Part shown: in pieces, positions 60,187 to 64,000 of the stretch
Position numbering within the stretch: the first letter of the stretch is position 1
Layout of the letters: every line of letters begins with the position of its first letter
DNA from: Rubripirellula sp.
Lineage (GTDB): Bacteria; Planctomycetota; Planctomycetia; Pirellulales; Pirellulaceae
Reading direction: 5' to 3'
Assembly (NCBI GenBank): GCA_965216875.1
Contig: OZ244207.1
Coordinates: 2,272,001 to 2,336,000 of the forward strand
DNA: 64,000 nt
The notes under the pieces: generated by a model
What the model was told of the DNA's origin: nothing
Database searches by the model: none
What the model saw: only the letters and a program-made list of their open reading frames with translations
Made by a program: the position numbers and the translations under genes

Positions 60187-60384
60187 GCGGGCTCAGCAGT
60201 CTTCACCTGCCAACTCAACCTTCAATCGCAAGAATTCGCTACGATTGCGCGCCCACAAACGACCAGGGCAAAGCCACCCGTTTGTGGTCCCTGCCTTCGC
60301 CGGAATCGTTTTGCGTTTCCGTACCTTCATTTGGCGGCACACCGAGACTGCAAACAGACCTTCTACCGACAACAAGCATTCACG

Positions 60385-61416
60385 ATGACAGACAACGGAT
60401 TAGATCAACGGGACGAAACTCAAGACCCAGCGGTCGCAGCAGAGCAAGCCGAAGAAGCAACGTTGGTCGAACTGCTCACCTACGGGCTGTCGCTCCCCGA
60501 ACGCACCGCACGAAGCGCCTCGGCGGTCGTCGCTGGCTTTGTCAACGAATCGGCTGCGCGATTGATCCCAGCGGCATTTCGCTCATCGCGAAGCTACACC
60601 GTTTTCGTGCAACAATCGCTCGACATGTTGATCCATGACGTCGGCGGGGTCTCAAACCCGAACGCCGAAACCGCTGATCAACAAGAAACCCAACTGGCTC
60701 GCAAAGCAGTCGGCGGATTGCTCGATGTTGCCGGCACTGCAACGCTTCACCTTTCCCCCATGACCGTGCTGGCGGTCTTTAGCGACCTCGCGTACGGCTC
60801 GAGCCACTATCTCAACAGGCTTAGCGAGGAGCTCAAGAAAGAAGGAATCATCAATGAAACCAGCAGCATCGATCACGTTGCCGACTTGGTGGATGCGTTA
60901 AAGGAAACCAGTGGCAAAGCTGCCGAAACAATCGACACACCCCCGGTGAGTTTGGATGGCCTGAACGAAACGATCGCGCAGCTGCAGCACGAAATCACCA
61001 AAGTCGATCCGAGAAAACTCATCCCGCAAAATGAGATTGAGCGTCTTTGGATTGAGATGGAAGACGCAGCGTCCGCCGCAGACGTGGGGCTCTGGGATGT
61101 CAGTGCAACGATGACCATGTTCGCAATGAACCGCGTTTCATTGACCACGCGCGGTGCGCTCTCGACTTTTTCGGTTGCGGGCAACTTGCTCGATGAACAC
61201 ATCGTCCAACACTACTCCGCTGCGCTCGGAGAAATCAAAGAGCACGGTTTTTACGCCACTTTAGCGGATGTTTCGAGTCCCTACCTCGAAGCGGTTTGGA
61301 ACAATTTCGATGATGACCGCGAGACCTGGACGGAAGATCTGCTGACCGGAAAACTGTTCGGGCGAGCCTGGGATGGCTTTCGCGGTTGGTGGTCTGGCAA
61401 AGAGGACCCGCAATAG
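60385..61416 (+). CDS. Hypothetical helical protein
   Basis: Long co-oriented ORF; YGLSLPER.AR, LHLSPMTVLA..SD.AYG motifs. Confidence 0.75.
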   Translation: MTDNGLDQRDETQDPAVAAEQAEEATLVELLTYGLSLPERTARSASAVVAGFVNESAARLIPAAFRSSRSYTVFVQQSLDMLIHDVGGVSNPNAETADQQETQLARKAVGGLLDVAGTATLHLSPMTVLAVFSDLAYGSSHYLNRLSEELKKEGIINETSSIDHVADLVDALKETSGKAAETIDTPPVSLDGLNETIAQLQHEITKVDPRKLIPQNEIERLWIEMEDAASAADVGLWDVSATMTMFAMNRVSLTTRGALSTFSVAGNLLDEHIVQHYSAALGEIKEHGFYATLADVSSPYLEAVWNNFDDDRETWTEDLLTGKLFGRAWDGFRGWWSGKEDPQ

Positions 61417-61523
61417 TTTGTTCGACCGAGTTGACAAGAGTGTTTGAGCCACGGCGTGACACCATCTACACTCTTTGGGCGGCGCAACTTCACTATTCGC
61501 TCACTGCCCAGAAAACATAAGTC

Positions 61524-62657
61524 ATGTCGATCCACCACCGCTTTCTATCAATCTTTGCTGCATCGTGCGTTTTCGTTTCAGTCGCACATGCCGAAAAGCC
61601 AACCTCCGAACCCTTTGGCAAAACAGCTGACGGCAAGGCTGTCGAGCTCTATACGATCAAAGGTGAAAACGGCTTCGCCGCAAAGGTCATGACGCGTGGT
61701 GCAACGCTCGTGCAATTGCATGCTCCTGATGCCGATGGAAAGACAGCTGATGTCGTCCTTGGGTTTGATGATGTCAGTGGCTACGAGAGCGCGGCGAACC
61801 AGTATTTCGGCTGCACAACGGGTCGCGTTTGCAATCGGATCGCAAAAGGCAAATTCACCCTCGACGGAAAAGAGTATTCACTCGCGATCAACAACGACCC
61901 CAATCATCTTCATGGTGGTGTCGAGCGCAGCCTCGACAAAGTCGTCTGGACTGCGCGTGCGGTCGACAACCAGAAGGGATCGGGCGTCATTTTCAAATAC
62001 ACCAGTCCCGATGGCGAAGAAGGCTATCCCGGGAAACTTGATGTCACCGTTCGCTACTTCGTTCCCAAAGGAACCAATCGGTTGGCAATCAGCTATACCG
62101 CGACGACAGATCAAGCGACGCCAGTCAACTTGACCAATCACGCTTACTTCAATCTCGGTGGCGAAGGAAGCGAAACGGTCCTCAACCACGCCCTGAAACT
62201 CAATGCCGATCATTACACACCCGTCGACGATACGCTGATCCCCACCGGTGAAATCAAGAGCGTCGAAGGAACCGAGTTGGACTTTCGTAAAATGACACGG
62301 ATCGGCAAACGCATCGATCCGCTCACCGATACCGCAGCCATTGGCTACGACCACAACTTCGTGTTGAACAAAGCTCAAGGAGAAAACGGATACCGTTTCG
62401 CGGCGCTGCTTAAAGATCCCGAGTCGGGCCGCACGCTTCGGATCACGACCACCGAAATCGGCATTCAGTTCTACTCAGGTAACTTCCTGGAAGGACAGAA
62501 AGGCAAAGGGGGCAAGGTCTACAACCACCGCAGCGCATTGTGTCTGGAAACCCAACACTTCCCCGATAGCGTCAATCAGGCCGATTTCCCCTCAACCATT
62601 TTGAAACCTGGCGATACCTATCGGTCGACAACGTTGCTTAACTTTGACGCCGAATAG
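61524..62657 (+). CDS. galM: Aldose 1-epimerase (mutarotase) with signal peptide
   Basis: GRVCNRIAKGKF, NHLHGG, DGEEGYPG, NLTNHAYFNL, YDHNFVL, QFYSGNFL, CLETQHFPD; Sec signal ending AHA. Confidence 0.93.
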   Translation: MSIHHRFLSIFAASCVFVSVAHAEKPTSEPFGKTADGKAVELYTIKGENGFAAKVMTRGATLVQLHAPDADGKTADVVLGFDDVSGYESAANQYFGCTTGRVCNRIAKGKFTLDGKEYSLAINNDPNHLHGGVERSLDKVVWTARAVDNQKGSGVIFKYTSPDGEEGYPGKLDVTVRYFVPKGTNRLAISYTATTDQATPVNLTNHAYFNLGGEGSETVLNHALKLNADHYTPVDDTLIPTGEIKSVEGTELDFRKMTRIGKRIDPLTDTAAIGYDHNFVLNKAQGENGYRFAALLKDPESGRTLRITTTEIGIQFYSGNFLEGQKGKGGKVYNHRSALCLETQHFPDSVNQADFPSTILKPGDTYRSTTLLNFDAE

Positions 62658-62694
62658 ACATCCGAGTCGACGTCGACAAGCCAAGTTTAAAGGT

Positions 62695-62723
62695 GCTTCC
62701 GCATCCACCATCGATGCGGAAGC
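62695..62723. terminator. GC-rich hairpin downstream of galM (possible terminator or pause; no U-tract)
   Basis: Perfect 11-bp stem gcttccgcatc/gatgcggaagc with a 7-nt loop. Confidence 0.5.
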
Positions 62724-62801
62724 CAACCGCCCCAAACACTTTTCGCGAATTCTTTCGCTTCTTCGGTCACAAAACTTTGTGGCCCGCGTTTCACGGGGTA
62801 A

Positions 62802-63314
62802 ATGAACGCGAAACCAGCCCAAGACCTAGCCGACTTCCTCGAGAAACATCACGGGATCGTTTGGAAAATCGCAAACTCCTTTTGCGAGGCTCCAGGCGAA
62901 TGCGACGACCTGTTTCAAGAGATTTGCATTGGCTTATGGGCCGCCTATGACTCGATGCCGTCCGACGTGAAACCGTCGACCTACGTGTATCGCGTGGCAC
63001 TCAACCGAGCAATCTCGTGGCAGCGAAAAGAAAGAACGTACCTGAAACACGTCAGGTTCTACTTCTCGCAATCCACCCCGAGAGAGCCTGAGCCGGATTC
63101 GCTTGAACAATCCGAACAACTTCGCACGCTCTACAAAGCGATTCGCTCGCTGCCCGAAAGTGACCGTTCTCTTGTGCTGATGTTTCTTGACGACATCGGT
63201 TACGCAGAGATGGCCAGCATCTTGGGAGTCAGTGAACCGACTGTACGCAAGCGGGTTTCGCGAGTGAAGCAAAAGCTGGCGGCGTTGATCCAAACCGAAG
63301 GAGAGCAATCATGA
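62802..63314 (+). CDS. ECF-subfamily sigma-70 factor
   Basis: DDLFQEI.I.LW, STYVYRVALN.AI, LYKAI..LPE.DR.LV.M.LD...Y.EMA.ILG.SE.TV..R.SR.K. Confidence 0.93.
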   Translation: MNAKPAQDLADFLEKHHGIVWKIANSFCEAPGECDDLFQEICIGLWAAYDSMPSDVKPSTYVYRVALNRAISWQRKERTYLKHVRFYFSQSTPREPEPDSLEQSEQLRTLYKAIRSLPESDRSLVLMFLDDIGYAEMASILGVSEPTVRKRVSRVKQKLAALIQTEGEQS

Positions 63315-63919
63315 CACTTGAAGAAGCTGGGCAGATTTGGACCGACCAATCGCCTCCCAAAAAATCAAAAGGCGAATTGGTCAAAATCGTTCAAAGCTAC
63401 AACGCGTCGACCAAACGCCACCTCTGGGCAAGTGGCTTTTTCTGTGCGTTTGTCATCATCGCCGGGATTTACAACTTGATCGGGCAAGTCTTCGTCAACG
63501 GCGACGCACTAGGCGTTGCCCTGCTTCGCTTCTCGGTGCTGTTGGTTGCGATCCCGATTCAGTTGTTTGTGCACCGCAGTTTGGTACGACAACATCGCGA
63601 GCGGCAAAGCCTTGCGTCCGATCATGTCGCGTGGTTGAAGTTGCGTGTCAAAGAGCTGAATACGCAAATCAATGAGCCGGTCCAGTGGAAATTCCTGGCC
63701 TTCGTTCTGTTCACGCTCGTGGTCGTTTCGTTGACCAAGTGGATTGATTACCAAAGCGGCGAGGATTCACTTGCTGAATGCCTGCTGATTCCAGGATTCG
63801 TCCTGATCAGCTTTCTGACTGTCGGCCTTTTCATGTGGCACTACCGTCAGATGTTCATGATCCCTGACCTCCAGCGTTATCGGAACTTGCTCAGTGAAGC
63901 GACAGGCGATTCCGCTTGA
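63311..63919 (+). CDS. Putative membrane anti-sigma factor (4 TM)
   Basis: ATGA overlap with the ECF gene; MTLEEAGQIW N-terminus; four hydrophobic helices. Confidence 0.7.
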   Translation: MTLEEAGQIWTDQSPPKKSKGELVKIVQSYNASTKRHLWASGFFCAFVIIAGIYNLIGQVFVNGDALGVALLRFSVLLVAIPIQLFVHRSLVRQHRERQSLASDHVAWLKLRVKELNTQINEPVQWKFLAFVLFTLVVVSLTKWIDYQSGEDSLAECLLIPGFVLISFLTVGLFMWHYRQMFMIPDLQRYRNLLSEATGDSA

Positions 63920-64000
63920 GACTCGCTTCGTTGTTCAGGGTCAAGTGTGCGATCGTGTCGAAATGTGCCCCAGTGTCGCGCACTCACTCTCGATCGTTTC

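Overview
A GC-rich, gene-dense bacterial chromosomal segment, most likely from a planctomycete of the Pirellulaceae (Rhodopirellula/Rubripirellula/Stieleria-like). The evidence is a DUF1559 prepilin-like gene, a 'LEDRRLL' planctomycete extracellular protein, a sulfatase, a DUF1080 protein and many Tat-exported enzymes. It holds about 47 CDS, including nagB, glnE, nusB, glgB, panC, galM, an RpoD-like sigma-70 and an ECF sigma/anti-sigma pair. It also holds the RNase P RNA gene rnpB and many intergenic REP-like palindromic repeats of several unrelated families. I found no transposase, integrase, prophage, CRISPR array, tRNA or rRNA. The leads most worth following: (1) a GlnE whose N-terminal adenylyl-removase active site has lost its catalytic motif; (2) an RNase H-fold protein lacking catalytic acids, preceded by a highly structured ~150-nt leader; (3) a putative CinA/PncC-like plus HxGH-nucleotidyltransferase fusion; (4) a UDP-xylose synthase / polyprenol-phosphate GT2 / GT-C-like / AsmA cluster suggesting lipid-linked envelope xylosylation; (5) an enlarged RNase P RNA; (6) a ~90-nt hairpin upstream of a large repetitive surface protein; (7) a BRCT-MerR-TPR protein; (8) two genes that may start at ATT. 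All family assignments come from motif recognition by eye; no database searches were run.
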